Virus record (IMG/VR): IMGVR_UViG_3300034375_003182
Span: 18,756-82,755 of that record
From: a virus
Length of the DNA: 64,000 bases
Strand: one strand, 5' to 3'
Under the pieces are notes generated by a model. The model was not told the DNA's origin, did no database searches, and worked only from the letters and a program-made list of their open reading frames with translations. Each line of letters starts with the position of its first letter. The first letter of the stretch is position 1. This document shows, piece by piece, positions 40,451 through 51,317 of the stretch. Made by a program: the position numbers and the translations under genes.

Positions 40451-40812
40451 TATGCTTTTTTCCAGTATGCGTATTCTAAAATACAACTAGCTGTATCAGC
40501 TCTTGCTTCTAAACCAGCCCCGTCATTTATAGGGAAAAATGCAAACTCACCAGGATTCAATCTAGCGTACTGTACACTTGCTGTAGTTTGAAGTATAACA
40601 AAGTTAGTTGAGTCAGTGTTTTTAGCATAGAAGTAAAACACTCCACTAGTTCCTTCGTCCACTAACTCCTGGTCATCAGCTGTTGTTATAGTCTGTCTTG
40701 ATATAGCTACTATAGGCTCTCCGACTACTACTGTTTTTGAAACGCTAAGATTTAATGCATCGCTTGTAGCGTTGTTACTTGTTAATGTTAATTTTGCTGT
40801 TAATGTTGCCAT
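40450..40812 (-). CDS. Hypothetical beta-sandwich virion accessory protein
   Basis: YAKNTDSTNFV...L.PGEFAFFP...ADTA.C.LEY pattern typical of small marine-phage structural proteins. Confidence 0.55.
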   Translation of the reverse strand: MATLTAKLTLTSNNATSDALNLSVSKTVVVGEPIVAISRQTITTADDQELVDEGTSGVFYFYAKNTDSTNFVILQTTASVQYARLNPGEFAFFPINDGAGLEARADTASCILEYAYWKKA

Positions 40813-41213
40813 TATTCAATAATTTTATCAATGTTAATAATTTGTTCTCCAGTAATATCTGCCGGTAAACAGTCCTCTGGTATAGCATGCAGCTCAATTT
40901 CAGTTTCTTCTAATAGTAGTTTATCTACTTCAGCCAACTGTTCTTTTCTTGCATCCACAAGTTCTTTATTCTCTTCTTCTAACTTAGCTATTGCTTCATC
41001 ATCTTTCTGATTCATAAGAACCTGCATTTTTTGTGATAGTCCTAAAAACTCTTCACTAGGCTTGCTAGCTTCTTCGATGTCCTTAAGTTCTTCTTGTATT
41101 ACTCTAATATTCTTAGATACTAATAATCCAAACTTAACTCCTTTCAAGGAATTCACTGCACTTAGTCCGTTAAATAATTCAACAAACTCACCATTTTTCA
41201 TTTTTACTTTCAT
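40812..41213 (-). CDS. Hypothetical helical protein (possible fibre assembly chaperone)
   Basis: 133-aa acidic helical ORF directly after a fibre-like gene. Confidence 0.5.
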   Translation of the reverse strand: MKVKMKNGEFVELFNGLSAVNSLKGVKFGLLVSKNIRVIQEELKDIEEASKPSEEFLGLSQKMQVLMNQKDDEAIAKLEEENKELVDARKEQLAEVDKLLLEETEIELHAIPEDCLPADITGEQIINIDKIIE

Positions 41214-41238
41214 TGTCTATATAATTAATTGGTTAATG

Positions 41239-42765
41239 TTATCCGATTCTGTACATAGTTACTGCACTAGCACCGGTTCTTCTTATTCTAAATCTTCCTA
41301 CACCAATAGATACTGCATCATCTGTTGCATCCTGTGCGTGTATTACCATATTACCTACAAGTGTTACACCTGTTCCTCCTGTAAGCGTTACGTTATCTTG
41401 TCCGTCAGTTGTTAAATTAATAAAACTAAAATCAAAACTATCATTATCTGCTGTTAAATCCAAACCTGATACTAAATTAGATGCAGTATCTGTAGCTTTA
41501 GATCTATCAGCTGTAGGTGTACACTGCACAATACCTGTTAGTATATTAGCAGCTGATACTGCTGTAGTACCATCATCTGTAGTAGCTGGCGCACCTTGAT
41601 ATTGTATAAATGCTGCTGTACTAGATGCTCTTGCATAAATAGGTTTAGCAGATACAAATAACTTACCTGCATTTACTGCAACATCTTGTGAACTGTCTAC
41701 AGTTATTGCTGTAGTTGCTGTTCCTCCAGTTGTATAAGTTCTTACTCGTACACTACCAGGCGTTCCTGACGCAGCATCTCCTGCAACTATATCTACATTT
41801 CCTCCAGCTCCACTGCCTGTAGCTGTTCCTGCATATAATCCAAGAAGACCACCAGCCATATTTCCACCACCTGCAGTACCTGCGTAAATGTGTAATTTAG
41901 CTCCTGCAGTTCCTGATGATGATGTTGTAGTTGTAATATCATAATTAGCTTGATATGCACCAGAGTTACCTATCTTAATTGCTGTAGTAGTTGTACCTTG
42001 TATGTTTAACTGCCCTGTAGCATCTCCTGTTGTTAGTGTAGATCCTGAGTCGTTAAGTATTACTTTACCATTAGTATGTACATATAAACCTCTATCAGAT
42101 CCATCATCACTAATATAGTTAGTATTTAAGTCAATGTTATAACTACCTGTATCTAGATTAGCTGCTAGACTTGATAAGTTAGCATCAAGAGTAATTGTAC
42201 CTGCTCCATTAACAATAGTTAGATTACTAGATCCGGCTGCAAGTGTTGCTACTGATGGATAACCATTAGTTGCATTACCTATTAGCAGTTGTCCATCTGT
42301 AGACATTGCCGATGTAGCTGAAATAGCATCATCTGCGCTAGCATATAATATTGCCCCTTTAACTATAGTGGATAATCCTGTGCCTCCATTTGTAACCGCA
42401 CATGTACCAGTAACTGTACCTGAAAAATCTACACCAGTCAAAAAGCCTGATGTTGCATTGTTACATAAGCTAAGGTCTATACCTGCTTCTAATACCGTTA
42501 ATACTATATTGCTTGAAGTAGTTGCTACTGTTAACAAACCTGTATCTCCAGAAGCAATACCCTTAAATACTATCTGGTTTTTATTTGTTAATGTTGCACT
42601 AGTATATAATGTTTCTGAACTTGTACCTGCTGTAGACACTGCCGGAAACAATGTTTGTAGTTGTAACTTTTTAGCAGCTTTTGTGCTAGAGTTGGCTACT
42701 AATAAAAATTCATTAGCATCTACGCTAGTTTTTGCAAGGGTACTTAGTGATGTTATTTCTGCCAT
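41239..42765 (-). CDS. Fibre / spike-like structural protein
   Basis: 508 aa Gly/Ala/Thr rich; AVTNGGTG and GQLLIG motifs; Gly-rich segment similar to one in the 34399..36339 fibre. Confidence 0.65.
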   Translation of the reverse strand: MAEITSLSTLAKTSVDANEFLLVANSSTKAAKKLQLQTLFPAVSTAGTSSETLYTSATLTNKNQIVFKGIASGDTGLLTVATTSSNIVLTVLEAGIDLSLCNNATSGFLTGVDFSGTVTGTCAVTNGGTGLSTIVKGAILYASADDAISATSAMSTDGQLLIGNATNGYPSVATLAAGSSNLTIVNGAGTITLDANLSSLAANLDTGSYNIDLNTNYISDDGSDRGLYVHTNGKVILNDSGSTLTTGDATGQLNIQGTTTTAIKIGNSGAYQANYDITTTTSSSGTAGAKLHIYAGTAGGGNMAGGLLGLYAGTATGSGAGGNVDIVAGDAASGTPGSVRVRTYTTGGTATTAITVDSSQDVAVNAGKLFVSAKPIYARASSTAAFIQYQGAPATTDDGTTAVSAANILTGIVQCTPTADRSKATDTASNLVSGLDLTADNDSFDFSFINLTTDGQDNVTLTGGTGVTLVGNMVIHAQDATDDAVSIGVGRFRIRRTGASAVTMYRIG

Positions 42766-42790
42766 TTTATTTTATTTTATTATTGTTATG

Positions 42791-45700
42791 TTAGCTTAAA
42801 CCTGCAAAATCGTCTTCACCTGCAATTTCATCGCTATCGTCTGTTGATCCTAAAGGACCAGTTAAATCTGATTGATCTGCTACATCATCAAACGTAGCTC
42901 CATTTACTGTCACACTAGTTCCTCCAACATTAAATCCACTTGTAACATTAGAGCTTTTTGAACTTGTTCGTCTATAAGCTGGTATACCACAATCTTTACA
43001 ATACTCTTTTGCAAAACTAAGAAAATTTTGTAAATAATCTTGCGTCTCATCTAGTATCTGATAAGTTATACACTTTTTCCAACCGCTTTCAGGATCGTTA
43101 GCAAATGGATCTACATCCAAACCTGTATTAGATATTGCTACATAATAAGGAGCTGGTAAATTATTTGGGTTTGGTGTATAAGGTCTTCTTACATATGACC
43201 CTATAGTAAATGCACTTGCATTTGAAGGACTCCAGAACTGACTGCCTGAACTAATCCAGTTATCTTTACAAGATGTTTCTGCAAATTCTAAACTAGGAGT
43301 TGAAGGATCTGTACAGTTGTATATACAAGGCAATCCTTGTCTAGACATTAGGTCTTGTATAATAATCATTTTCCATGTTTCCATGTTAGAACAATCACTG
43401 CCTAGACCAGTTATATGTTTAGTGTAAAATCTATTGCCAGCTCGTGCAATACATTCAGCATTATAATCTAATAATCTCTTAATACCTTTTGGAACGCATC
43501 CTGGCATAGTTGTGGTTACTCCATCGCAATCTTCTATACATCCATTATACTCATATTCACAAGGGCATGTGCCATCTTGATAATTAGCGTTTGGATTATA
43601 ATTCAAAGCATTTGGGTCCATGCAACCGCAGCTTGGATTATCTGGACAGCAGCTAGGATCATAAGTAAGTACTCCTGCTATATCTGAACATAAACATCCA
43701 CTTGGCGGTGGATCATTTACATACTCACAACATCCATCATCTACATTTGCATTTGGAACAGAAACTCCTGCACAATTTACAAGATAGTTTGTAGCAGTTG
43801 GATCTAAACAGCCGTGAATATTAGTAGTACCAGCATTGTCATCACAGTCTTCTAACACTACATTACCTGTACCAGATAATTGTGCGCATTGTCCTAGAAT
43901 ACTATTTGCTGTTGTAACAGGAAGATCTATCTCTCCATTAGAATTTAGAAATGCACTGTCATATAATGAAACAGATATAATATATGCACCACTAGGCACA
44001 TTATTTAAAACTATTTGAGTGTTTGCTGTAAGTATATCATATGGAGCATTTCCTCCATAACTTGGTATAGATGCATTATTAACCTGTCCTGTAAACCAAC
44101 TTCCGTATGCAAATTGACCAGCATTATGCTGTACTAACCATATATATCCTACCCCATTTGGATTTGTAATATTTGATAGTAAAGATGTTGCATCAGGAAG
44201 ATTAAAAGTTAAACTACCTGTAGAATCATCATCACATAATCCTGTATCACTATTATATGTTGAAGTAGATCCTCCACTACTAAATGTTATATTGCCTGTA
44301 CTTTGATACTCTTCTAGCAAACAGCAATCAGATTCATTTGCTGCGGCAAGTAAACACTCAGCCTCTGTAACATATCCATTAGGTTCATCTAGATCAAAAT
44401 CACAAACGTTGCATATTTTAACAACCCAAGAACCTGCATTTCCATACTCGCAAGATCCATCGTCAATTGTAGCTGCTGCATTATAGTTGTTAGCAGTTAC
44501 ATCAGTACATCCTAATATATCATTCGGCTCTGGGTAGTCACAAGTCCCATCGTCTGTTGTTGCAGCTGGGTTATAATTGCTAGCTTGTGGATCTGTACAT
44601 CCTGGAGTTTCAGGCTCTTCTGTAAGACAGCAAGCATCCATTGAAGCTTGTTGGGCTGGAGTAAAAGGAATAAATTCAGTAACATTCTCACTGTAAACAT
44701 TTAATTCTCCGTAGTTGTATGAAACTTGAACTCCTTGAGGAACCCCATAACTAGCTATTGCATCACAAATCCATTGACTATAAATACTAATATTAGGGCT
44801 TATCATAAACTCTCTAAGAGTATCATCTCCTGAACTAATCAGAGTGCCATCTCCCATTACAACAGCATGTTCTATTACAAAACCATGTGTAAAGTTTTGT
44901 CCGTATCCTGGAATAACGCCTCCCATCGGGTCGCCCGATGTATCAAAATCTCCCTGAGCGCCAGAAGGAAGCCCCATATCTCCATTTGTATATGCTCCAT
45001 CATTTTCATTGGGATTAAATATACCATAGCATAGCACATTAAACCAAACAAATTTTGCAGCTACTTGTCGACCGGCTATATCAAGACTAGTAGGTGAAGT
45101 TGACGACCCTCCATTAATAAACTGCCCATTATAATATCCTCCAGCAACATTAAATCCATTAACTCCTGCGTCAAATACAGCAGGATTCGTAGCAAAGAAA
45201 TTTGTAAATTTTATATCTACAATTCCGTATTGTGGATTACAACTCGCTTCAAGTTCAAATCTAAGCTTTGGCTGATCACAGCTTTCTGTCTCTCCCTCAA
45301 CAAAACATGATCCATCCTCAACAGTAGCATCAGGATTAAAGTTTGGAGCATCTTTATCCGTACAACCACTTTGCCCTACACCCATGTAGGAACTAATTGT
45401 ATAACACTGTTCTACCTCATCATCTCCATCTTGTGTTCCATCATTATCATAAACAGCTACAACATAATAATCACCTTCTGTAAGACCTGTAAATGTATGA
45501 GCTCCTCCGGTAGTTGCTACCGTAGTAACTAAGGTAGAGTTATTAGCAATGAAAGTAAGCCCGCTTTGTCCCGCATCTATGGTCGCTTGTACAGTTCCAG
45601 GACTTAGATACATATTTGGTTTATATAACCTATAGTCAATTGGGCTAGCCTGATTACTAGTAGTAAACTCTGATGCAGGGCTAAAATCTAAATTATTTGG

Positions 45701-47161
45701 AGCAGGTAAAACATTATATGATCCAGCAAAATCAAATCCTGCAAATATAAGTGAACCATCACTAAGAGAAGTACCTGAAGGGTCTGAAGTTGCAGGTATA
45801 TTTGGAGATCCACCAGGCAATTGCACAAAAGCTGGTCCTAATGTTTGTAAATATTTGCCACTACCTGCAAATAAAAGTCCTGTTGTAGCATCACAAAATA
45901 CACAAGAACTTTCATAGTGCGTAGTAACACTGCTATCAAAATTAATTGCGTTTGAGTTAGTTTTACATCCATAGCTTCCATCTACATCAGATATATCTTC
46001 TCTAATTGTAAAAGACGATTCAGCTGTACAAGCTGTTCCTGATGTAGAATCTGTTACTGAAATAGAATATGTTCCTGGAAATAAACTACTAATAGTAAAT
46101 GTATCTGTAGATATACTATTAACAGTATTTGTAGTGTATGTTAATGTAGGATTGTCTAAGCTTATAGCTTGTATAGTAGCTGAATAGTTTGTAGTACCAT
46201 TTGTAACTGTAACATCAATAGTACCATTAGCTGTATCTGTATCTGCTGGAGTTTGTGATCCTATAGATACTGCATATCCATCACAGCCAGTAGTATATTC
46301 ACAACATCCTCCATTTGCATTAACATAACTATTAAGTCTTTGTGAAGTAAGAGCAATTCCGTCACAATCATCTGCATGAGTAACACCAGAATCTGTACAA
46401 GGAAGCTGTTCATTAACACATCCTGTTAAATAATAGTTTGAAGCTGTAGGATCTAAACATACTCTATTTGTAATTAAATCTCTAGGCTGCATTGCTACAG
46501 ACACGATACCACCTCTTACTTTTGGCTGGCTTGTGCCTGTTATCTCTGGAGTACAAGTAAATAATAATGCACTATTATCATCAAAACCTCCTCTAATCTT
46601 ACCTAAGTTTCCTGATTCAGATCCTCTGTTTGTATATCTAATACTATTTAAAAACTGATTCTGTAAATCACTAGAAGCTATATAAGCTGTATTCCCTGAA
46701 GATAAATAGTAAAAATCTGTTCTTGAGCTTGTATCTAAATGTGGGTTTCTAGATTCTGGAAATATTACAAGTTGTTTATGTACAGTTTTGTCATAGTATA
46801 AGGCGTCAGAAATATCATATCCAGTATCACTGCCAGATGCAACATCAAATGAAAAAGATCTTTGTAAGCTTCCAAAAGGAACTGATAAAGCTTCTGCAGA
46901 TGATGGCTCTACTATAGATATTTGTGTGGTAGCCTTATTATTAAAAAGAGCTGTTACGTCTCCTGAACCAGTATAAGTTTGTATTATCTCGTTAGTACCA
47001 TCTCTTAAAACTTGTCTAGTTTCTGAACTAATTCTAATACTACCTGAAGGTAATAAACTTATAACAGGGTTTTCTCCAGAAGAATTAACTATAAGATAGT
47101 TTACTCCTGCCGCATCTTGAAAGTATTTAAAAGATAAAAAAGTCTGTAGTACCTTTGCCAT
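42791..47161 (-). CDS. Large Cys-rich structural / adhesin-like protein
   Basis: 1456 aa; about 6-7 GCTD..A.NYNP.AT.DDGSC repeats; SprB-like units (GTIDVTVTNGT..Y...ISSLFPGTYSISVTDS); no signal peptide; lies after the hub-like gene. Confidence 0.65.
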   Translation of the reverse strand: MAKVLQTFLSFKYFQDAAGVNYLIVNSSGENPVISLLPSGSIRISSETRQVLRDGTNEIIQTYTGSGDVTALFNNKATTQISIVEPSSAEALSVPFGSLQRSFSFDVASGSDTGYDISDALYYDKTVHKQLVIFPESRNPHLDTSSRTDFYYLSSGNTAYIASSDLQNQFLNSIRYTNRGSESGNLGKIRGGFDDNSALLFTCTPEITGTSQPKVRGGIVSVAMQPRDLITNRVCLDPTASNYYLTGCVNEQLPCTDSGVTHADDCDGIALTSQRLNSYVNANGGCCEYTTGCDGYAVSIGSQTPADTDTANGTIDVTVTNGTTNYSATIQAISLDNPTLTYTTNTVNSISTDTFTISSLFPGTYSISVTDSTSGTACTAESSFTIREDISDVDGSYGCKTNSNAINFDSSVTTHYESSCVFCDATTGLLFAGSGKYLQTLGPAFVQLPGGSPNIPATSDPSGTSLSDGSLIFAGFDFAGSYNVLPAPNNLDFSPASEFTTSNQASPIDYRLYKPNMYLSPGTVQATIDAGQSGLTFIANNSTLVTTVATTGGAHTFTGLTEGDYYVVAVYDNDGTQDGDDEVEQCYTISSYMGVGQSGCTDKDAPNFNPDATVEDGSCFVEGETESCDQPKLRFELEASCNPQYGIVDIKFTNFFATNPAVFDAGVNGFNVAGGYYNGQFINGGSSTSPTSLDIAGRQVAAKFVWFNVLCYGIFNPNENDGAYTNGDMGLPSGAQGDFDTSGDPMGGVIPGYGQNFTHGFVIEHAVVMGDGTLISSGDDTLREFMISPNISIYSQWICDAIASYGVPQGVQVSYNYGELNVYSENVTEFIPFTPAQQASMDACCLTEEPETPGCTDPQASNYNPAATTDDGTCDYPEPNDILGCTDVTANNYNAAATIDDGSCEYGNAGSWVVKICNVCDFDLDEPNGYVTEAECLLAAANESDCCLLEEYQSTGNITFSSGGSTSTYNSDTGLCDDDSTGSLTFNLPDATSLLSNITNPNGVGYIWLVQHNAGQFAYGSWFTGQVNNASIPSYGGNAPYDILTANTQIVLNNVPSGAYIISVSLYDSAFLNSNGEIDLPVTTANSILGQCAQLSGTGNVVLEDCDDNAGTTNIHGCLDPTATNYLVNCAGVSVPNANVDDGCCEYVNDPPPSGCLCSDIAGVLTYDPSCCPDNPSCGCMDPNALNYNPNANYQDGTCPCEYEYNGCIEDCDGVTTTMPGCVPKGIKRLLDYNAECIARAGNRFYTKHITGLGSDCSNMETWKMIIIQDLMSRQGLPCIYNCTDPSTPSLEFAETSCKDNWISSGSQFWSPSNASAFTIGSYVRRPYTPNPNNLPAPYYVAISNTGLDVDPFANDPESGWKKCITYQILDETQDYLQNFLSFAKEYCKDCGIPAYRRTSSKSSNVTSGFNVGGTSVTVNGATFDDVADQSDLTGPLGSTDDSDEIAGEDDFAGLS

Positions 47162-47163
47162 AA

Positions 47164-47682
47164 TTAACAGTTACATCCACAGTGCCCAGCACACATGTCC
47201 TGAGCTGTTAGATATTTTCTTTTTGCATTGTCGATAACAGCTTGTATTTGGTCTATAGTACCTTCTGTATCTACAGTAGCGAGTTCTGACTCTGCTACTT
47301 TTAGTAATAAAAATATTTTTTGTGCTTCAACAAAATGCGGAGAGCATTTGTTACAATCACAGTCGCAGTCTAATAGTTCTTCTATTTTGTGAGCAATACA
47401 GCATAAAACATCGCATGCCATTAGCACTGCTGTTTTTGCATATATTTCTCCATTAACAAAATGGTCAATAACAAATACACCATTACCTCCACCAGCTTCT
47501 TCTATTGTTACAATTCTTATATTGTCTAGTCCTCCTGGAAATGTATAGTTAAACGATCCGTTAGGACCAGTTACAACTACTTCATGATTAACTGGTGCAG
47601 TTTTTCCGCCTACAGATTGTGGATTTGTAACAGTGATTATAACTTTATTACAATCTGCTGTTTGAGATGTATTTATTGCCAT
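47164..47682 (-). CDS. Cys-rich putative tail hub protein
   Basis: CDVLCCI...DCDCDCNKC...CAGHCGCNC; position after capsid-accessory genes as in crAss-like phages. Confidence 0.5.
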   Translation of the reverse strand: MAINTSQTADCNKVIITVTNPQSVGGKTAPVNHEVVVTGPNGSFNYTFPGGLDNIRIVTIEEAGGGNGVFVIDHFVNGEIYAKTAVLMACDVLCCIAHKIEELLDCDCDCNKCSPHFVEAQKIFLLLKVAESELATVDTEGTIDQIQAVIDNAKRKYLTAQDMCAGHCGCNC

Positions 47683-47697
47683 TGTTTTATTTTTTAT

Positions 47698-47738
47698 AAA
47701 AAAAGACCTACAGGGGAAACTAGTCCCCTGTGAGTCTT
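47698..47738 (-). terminator. Intrinsic terminator
   Basis: Stem aagac..acagggga / tcccctgt..gtctt with 6-nt loop, followed on the minus strand by a T run (A tract 47698-47704). Confidence 0.75.
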
Positions 47739-47752
47739 ATGTTGGTATTAGC

Positions 47753-48262
47753 TTATGCTAATTTTCCTGTAAGTACGTAATCTATGTACAAAGATACTCT
47801 ACCCGCTGTTAAATCGTGAGTAGCACCTGTTACTAAAATTACTTCCTCGTTAGCAGTAGTTACGTGATACGTAGCTGCTTTCAAAATTGCTTCTGCGTCA
47901 TCAGTAACTGCAGCACCTGTAAGTGCTAAAAAGCCAAGTGTAGGAGATTGTTTTGCTCCTAAATTTGCCATACCATCAGAAGTATTATTTAAAGCTACTG
48001 CTGGAAAAAAGATTGCTTTGTTAGAACCCGCTGATCCTGTTGCAACACCTGCAGTACCAAGACCAAAAGATACAGTCTGTGCTGCATTTTCTCCTGATAA
48101 AGCTGTGTGTACAAAAGCTACACAGTTAGTAATCATTGCACCTTCTGGAATTATCACAGGAGTTGCGCATCCTGCGGATACAGCTTCTGCTACCGTCCCC
48201 ATCTCTGCAAGGTCAAATGTAGCAACCGCAGTATATTTGTTATTTAAAGGATTATTTGCCAT
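47753..48262 (-). CDS. Putative capsid decoration / accessory protein
   Basis: 169 aa; IIPEGA.IT....V.TA...DLTAGRVSLYIDYV single beta-sandwich pattern; followed by a terminator. Confidence 0.55.
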   Translation of the reverse strand: MANNPLNNKYTAVATFDLAEMGTVAEAVSAGCATPVIIPEGAMITNCVAFVHTALSGENAAQTVSFGLGTAGVATGSAGSNKAIFFPAVALNNTSDGMANLGAKQSPTLGFLALTGAAVTDDAEAILKAATYHVTTANEEVILVTGATHDLTAGRVSLYIDYVLTGKLA

Positions 48263-48287
48263 TTTTTCTAATTTTTAAAAGTTAATA

Positions 48288-49226
48288 TTATAAGTTAACA
48301 GAACTAAATCCTACTGAGTTCAAATACGGGTTAAGCGCTCCCTCAAATGCTTGAGTTGAAGTAGCTGTACCATCATCAAGTGCGATATAGATTTCCATTA
48401 AGTTATCTACGCCATTGATTCCTGAAGTTGTACTTCCGTCTTTTGTAGCTACAATGTGATACATGTCATAAACATTACTTGTAACACTGTGAAGTGTTGG
48501 TTGAATTGGTAACTCAACTCTGTTGTAGTATCCAAATCCAGAACCTTGTAATTCTTCTTCAAATTCTCTGATGTAAAAACCATCACCTACACCTCTAGAA
48601 CCTGGAGTTGAATAAGTAACTGCCATTGTAGTAAGACATAAAGCTTGATCATTTTCATAAGCAAAGTCCATGTGAACTAATTCTTCTTGTATAGAACCGT
48701 CAGCTTTAGCTTCACCTTTTTTCAAACCTGTGATAGATAAAACTCCTGAAGCGTTTGATGCTGGTGTAGTTACTTTCATCCAGTGTGCTGGATCAGCGTT
48801 AATAGCATTTTTAAAAGCAACTGCAACGTCAGTTACAGAACCACTAGCTGCAATTTCTACTTCATAAGATTTAAACTCAAATGGCTCAGCGCCGTTAGTT
48901 AAGTTTATAACTTTAAGTGTATAGTTTGTAACTACTGCTGCGTTATTAGTAGTAAATGTTGCTACAGCAACTTCTGCTGCTTGAGCTACACCTGATTTAC
49001 CGCCATATGCTACAACGTTTTTTCCTTTAATCCAAGGGCTTACAATTTGCGTACCCCCTGTTCCTTGTACAAATCTGATACTATCAGAATCTGCAACTGT
49101 ATCACCAGGAGCTAAACTTACGGGCCCGTCAGATGATAATTTTTGTATATCAATGCTACCGCTTGCAGTTAAACCATTAGTAATAGTTCCTACAGCTGTA
49201 CCATCTCCAATTAATAATTGTCTCAT
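48288..49226 (-). CDS. Putative auxiliary capsid / structural protein
   Basis: 312 aa; PGSRGVGDG..I...E....G...Y and YD.Y.I pattern; third gene after MCP as in the conserved crAss block. Confidence 0.55.
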   Translation of the reverse strand: MRQLLIGDGTAVGTITNGLTASGSIDIQKLSSDGPVSLAPGDTVADSDSIRFVQGTGGTQIVSPWIKGKNVVAYGGKSGVAQAAEVAVATFTTNNAAVVTNYTLKVINLTNGAEPFEFKSYEVEIAASGSVTDVAVAFKNAINADPAHWMKVTTPASNASGVLSITGLKKGEAKADGSIQEELVHMDFAYENDQALCLTTMAVTYSTPGSRGVGDGFYIREFEEELQGSGFGYYNRVELPIQPTLHSVTSNVYDMYHIVATKDGSTTSGINGVDNLMEIYIALDDGTATSTQAFEGALNPYLNSVGFSSVNL

Positions 49227-49255
49227 TTTTTTATATTTTAGTGAGATTAATAATT

Positions 49256-50419
49256 CTATTCATTCTTTGTAACTTCTCCAATCGCTGTTTTATATCTTGG
49301 ATCAGAGATAGCTTCTAAAATGCTACTTACCGTCATAGACACAATTTCTTGATGCGTATGCTCTGGTAATTCGCAATTTACCCCCAAAGGTAAGGATATT
49401 TCTTGTGGCTTTCTGATGTACGTTATTTTTAGCGTATCTATTATAAATATATCACTAGTGTATACGTCTATAGATCTACCTCTCACTGTTGTTAATGGAG
49501 AAGTGTGCTTTGTTGTATTAAACGGGTCATCTAAAAGCTTAAATATGTCGTCTTGTTGAGAGAATCTATTTCCCTCTTGTATTCTTGCAGAAAACTCTAA
49601 TGGCTCTCTTCTTTCAGAATATGTTGTATCCATAACCTGTCCTGCTTGTTGTGCAGGTTGTGTAGCCCCTGCTACAGGATTACCTACTGCATGGCTAACA
49701 TTTCCTGCAGATAAATCATAGTTAAACCAGTCATGCTGATCTGTATCTACAATAACTACAAACTGTCCTGGAAAGTTTAGTGTTTCATATTCTTCCCAGT
49801 ATACATCAAAGCCAGGTCCTGAATTATCTAATATGTCTTGTTTTACCGCCTCTATATTTGACGGGTATGATTGTGGTGTCCAGCCTGTAGCTAGTAATGT
49901 AGCTGATGGACTCCATATTGAAGCAGATGTAGGATCTGTGCCTGTAATGTCTGCTACCATTTCTATACTTTGTACAAATGCTGTAGAATCTCCAAGCTGG
50001 TTATTAAGTACAAAATTGTTTAAATCTAATGTAAAGAACGAAATTGCTGGTGGATTAACTAAGTTGTATGATATTGTTTTACAATTATTAATCCAAAGCT
50101 TTGACATCTGATTTACCAAGTACATATAATCATTTGGTAATTGAAATGTGTCAACAAATATTCTTGTCTTTAGTTGCTCCTTAAATGATACAGGAGCTTC
50201 ATACTCGCGCACAAGCGTACGTAAGTCATCTATTCTTTTTTGGGATTCTTCAAATCCTTTTCTGTATAGGTTATTTCTACCATACTTGGTATTGATAAAC
50301 CTAAACATATTTTTGTTTAATTCAATGTCTATCTCTTCGGATAGCAAACTGTCAGCTTGGAGTGAATTAATCTTATCCACTCCTTGCTGTACAGCTATAT
50401 GCATTTCAGTTACATTCAT
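49256..50419 (-). CDS. Ring / head-tail connector protein (conserved crAss gene)
   Basis: EMH......DKI.S....L.EEID..LN, GFEESQKRIDDLRTLV, LP.DYMYLV, YIRKP, CELPEHTHQEIV motifs. Confidence 0.8.
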   Translation of the reverse strand: MNVTEMHIAVQQGVDKINSLQADSLLSEEIDIELNKNMFRFINTKYGRNNLYRKGFEESQKRIDDLRTLVREYEAPVSFKEQLKTRIFVDTFQLPNDYMYLVNQMSKLWINNCKTISYNLVNPPAISFFTLDLNNFVLNNQLGDSTAFVQSIEMVADITGTDPTSASIWSPSATLLATGWTPQSYPSNIEAVKQDILDNSGPGFDVYWEEYETLNFPGQFVVIVDTDQHDWFNYDLSAGNVSHAVGNPVAGATQPAQQAGQVMDTTYSERREPLEFSARIQEGNRFSQQDDIFKLLDDPFNTTKHTSPLTTVRGRSIDVYTSDIFIIDTLKITYIRKPQEISLPLGVNCELPEHTHQEIVSMTVSSILEAISDPRYKTAIGEVTKNE

Positions 50420-51228
50420 TAAGATGCTAATGTTTTAAGTTTTGCTCTTAAAGTAGTTAATTTTCCTGAGTTCTTTTTGTCATTCAGGTGTATAACAGTG
50501 TCATCCATTGTTTCTCCTAATACCTCATCAATAAAGATAACTTGGTTACCTATCTTTCTTAGTACTCCTGCAGATACCATTGTCTCGATTTCTGCTTTCA
50601 GTTCTAAGTGCTTATCTTGACATACTTTGATAAACTTCTTAGGTGATTTTTCCTTAATATCATAGAGTAAGTTTTCTACTTGTTCTCTAGTCAAAGTTTT
50701 AGGATCAATACTTCCTAATAGTCTAAACACTCTTCGCATTTGTTTTTCATCAGTAGATACTTTGATAAATGCCTTGTCAGCATCTTTCTTAACCTGAATA
50801 TCATTATTACGCTTCATATCCTTCTTAGCCAGATCTTGAATGTAAAAACGCTTGTTTGAATCTGCGTTCATTTCTTCTTCTGTTAATGCTACGTGAGGAT
50901 GCTTCAATGCAAAATTATATTTGATAAAATCCGTAATGTCAATAGGAGATCCATCTTCTGTCTTTCCTACTTCTAGTTCTACACCTTCAAAGCCTACTGG
51001 TATGGTAAATTCCGACCAGAATTTTTTGGTGTGTTTTGGCCACTCCATGTGACCGCCATCTACATCTAACATACCATCTAAATATTTCTTCTCGTCTTGT
51101 GGACTAAAAGGTTTTAGTGGTTGTCGATTTACATACACGCTACTTAGTCTTCTAATAGCGCTTGCGTTAATTTCCTTTGGCAAATGATTATTAATCGATT
51201 TTGCTCGTAAATAAACTTTTTTACTCAT
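50419..51228 (-). CDS. Conserved crAss protein downstream of MCP
   Basis: 269 aa; FW....I.V...G..L and P....D.IKY.F...HP.VA pattern; conserved position. Confidence 0.7.
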   Translation of the reverse strand: MSKKVYLRAKSINNHLPKEINASAIRRLSSVYVNRQPLKPFSPQDEKKYLDGMLDVDGGHMEWPKHTKKFWSEFTIPVGFEGVELEVGKTEDGSPIDITDFIKYNFALKHPHVALTEEEMNADSNKRFYIQDLAKKDMKRNNDIQVKKDADKAFIKVSTDEKQMRRVFRLLGSIDPKTLTREQVENLLYDIKEKSPKKFIKVCQDKHLELKAEIETMVSAGVLRKIGNQVIFIDEVLGETMDDTVIHLNDKKNSGKLTTLRAKLKTLAS

Positions 51229-51284
51229 AATCTAGTACTTTTAAAGTGTTAATTAGTGGATGTAAAGTATAACTCTCCAATATT

Positions 51285-51317
51285 TTAATAGAAGAAGTGG
51301 GGGCACTAAGCCCCCAC
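51285..51317 (-). terminator. Intrinsic terminator after major capsid gene
   Basis: Perfect 8-bp stem gtgggggc / gcccccac (51297-51317), 5-nt loop, then TTCTTCTATT on the minus strand. Confidence 0.8.

Noticed and set aside
34399-42765. Diversity-generating retroelement or invertible fibre cassette
   Set aside because: No reverse transcriptase, recombinase or near-identical template/variable repeat pair seen; the fibre repeats are diverged protein repeats.
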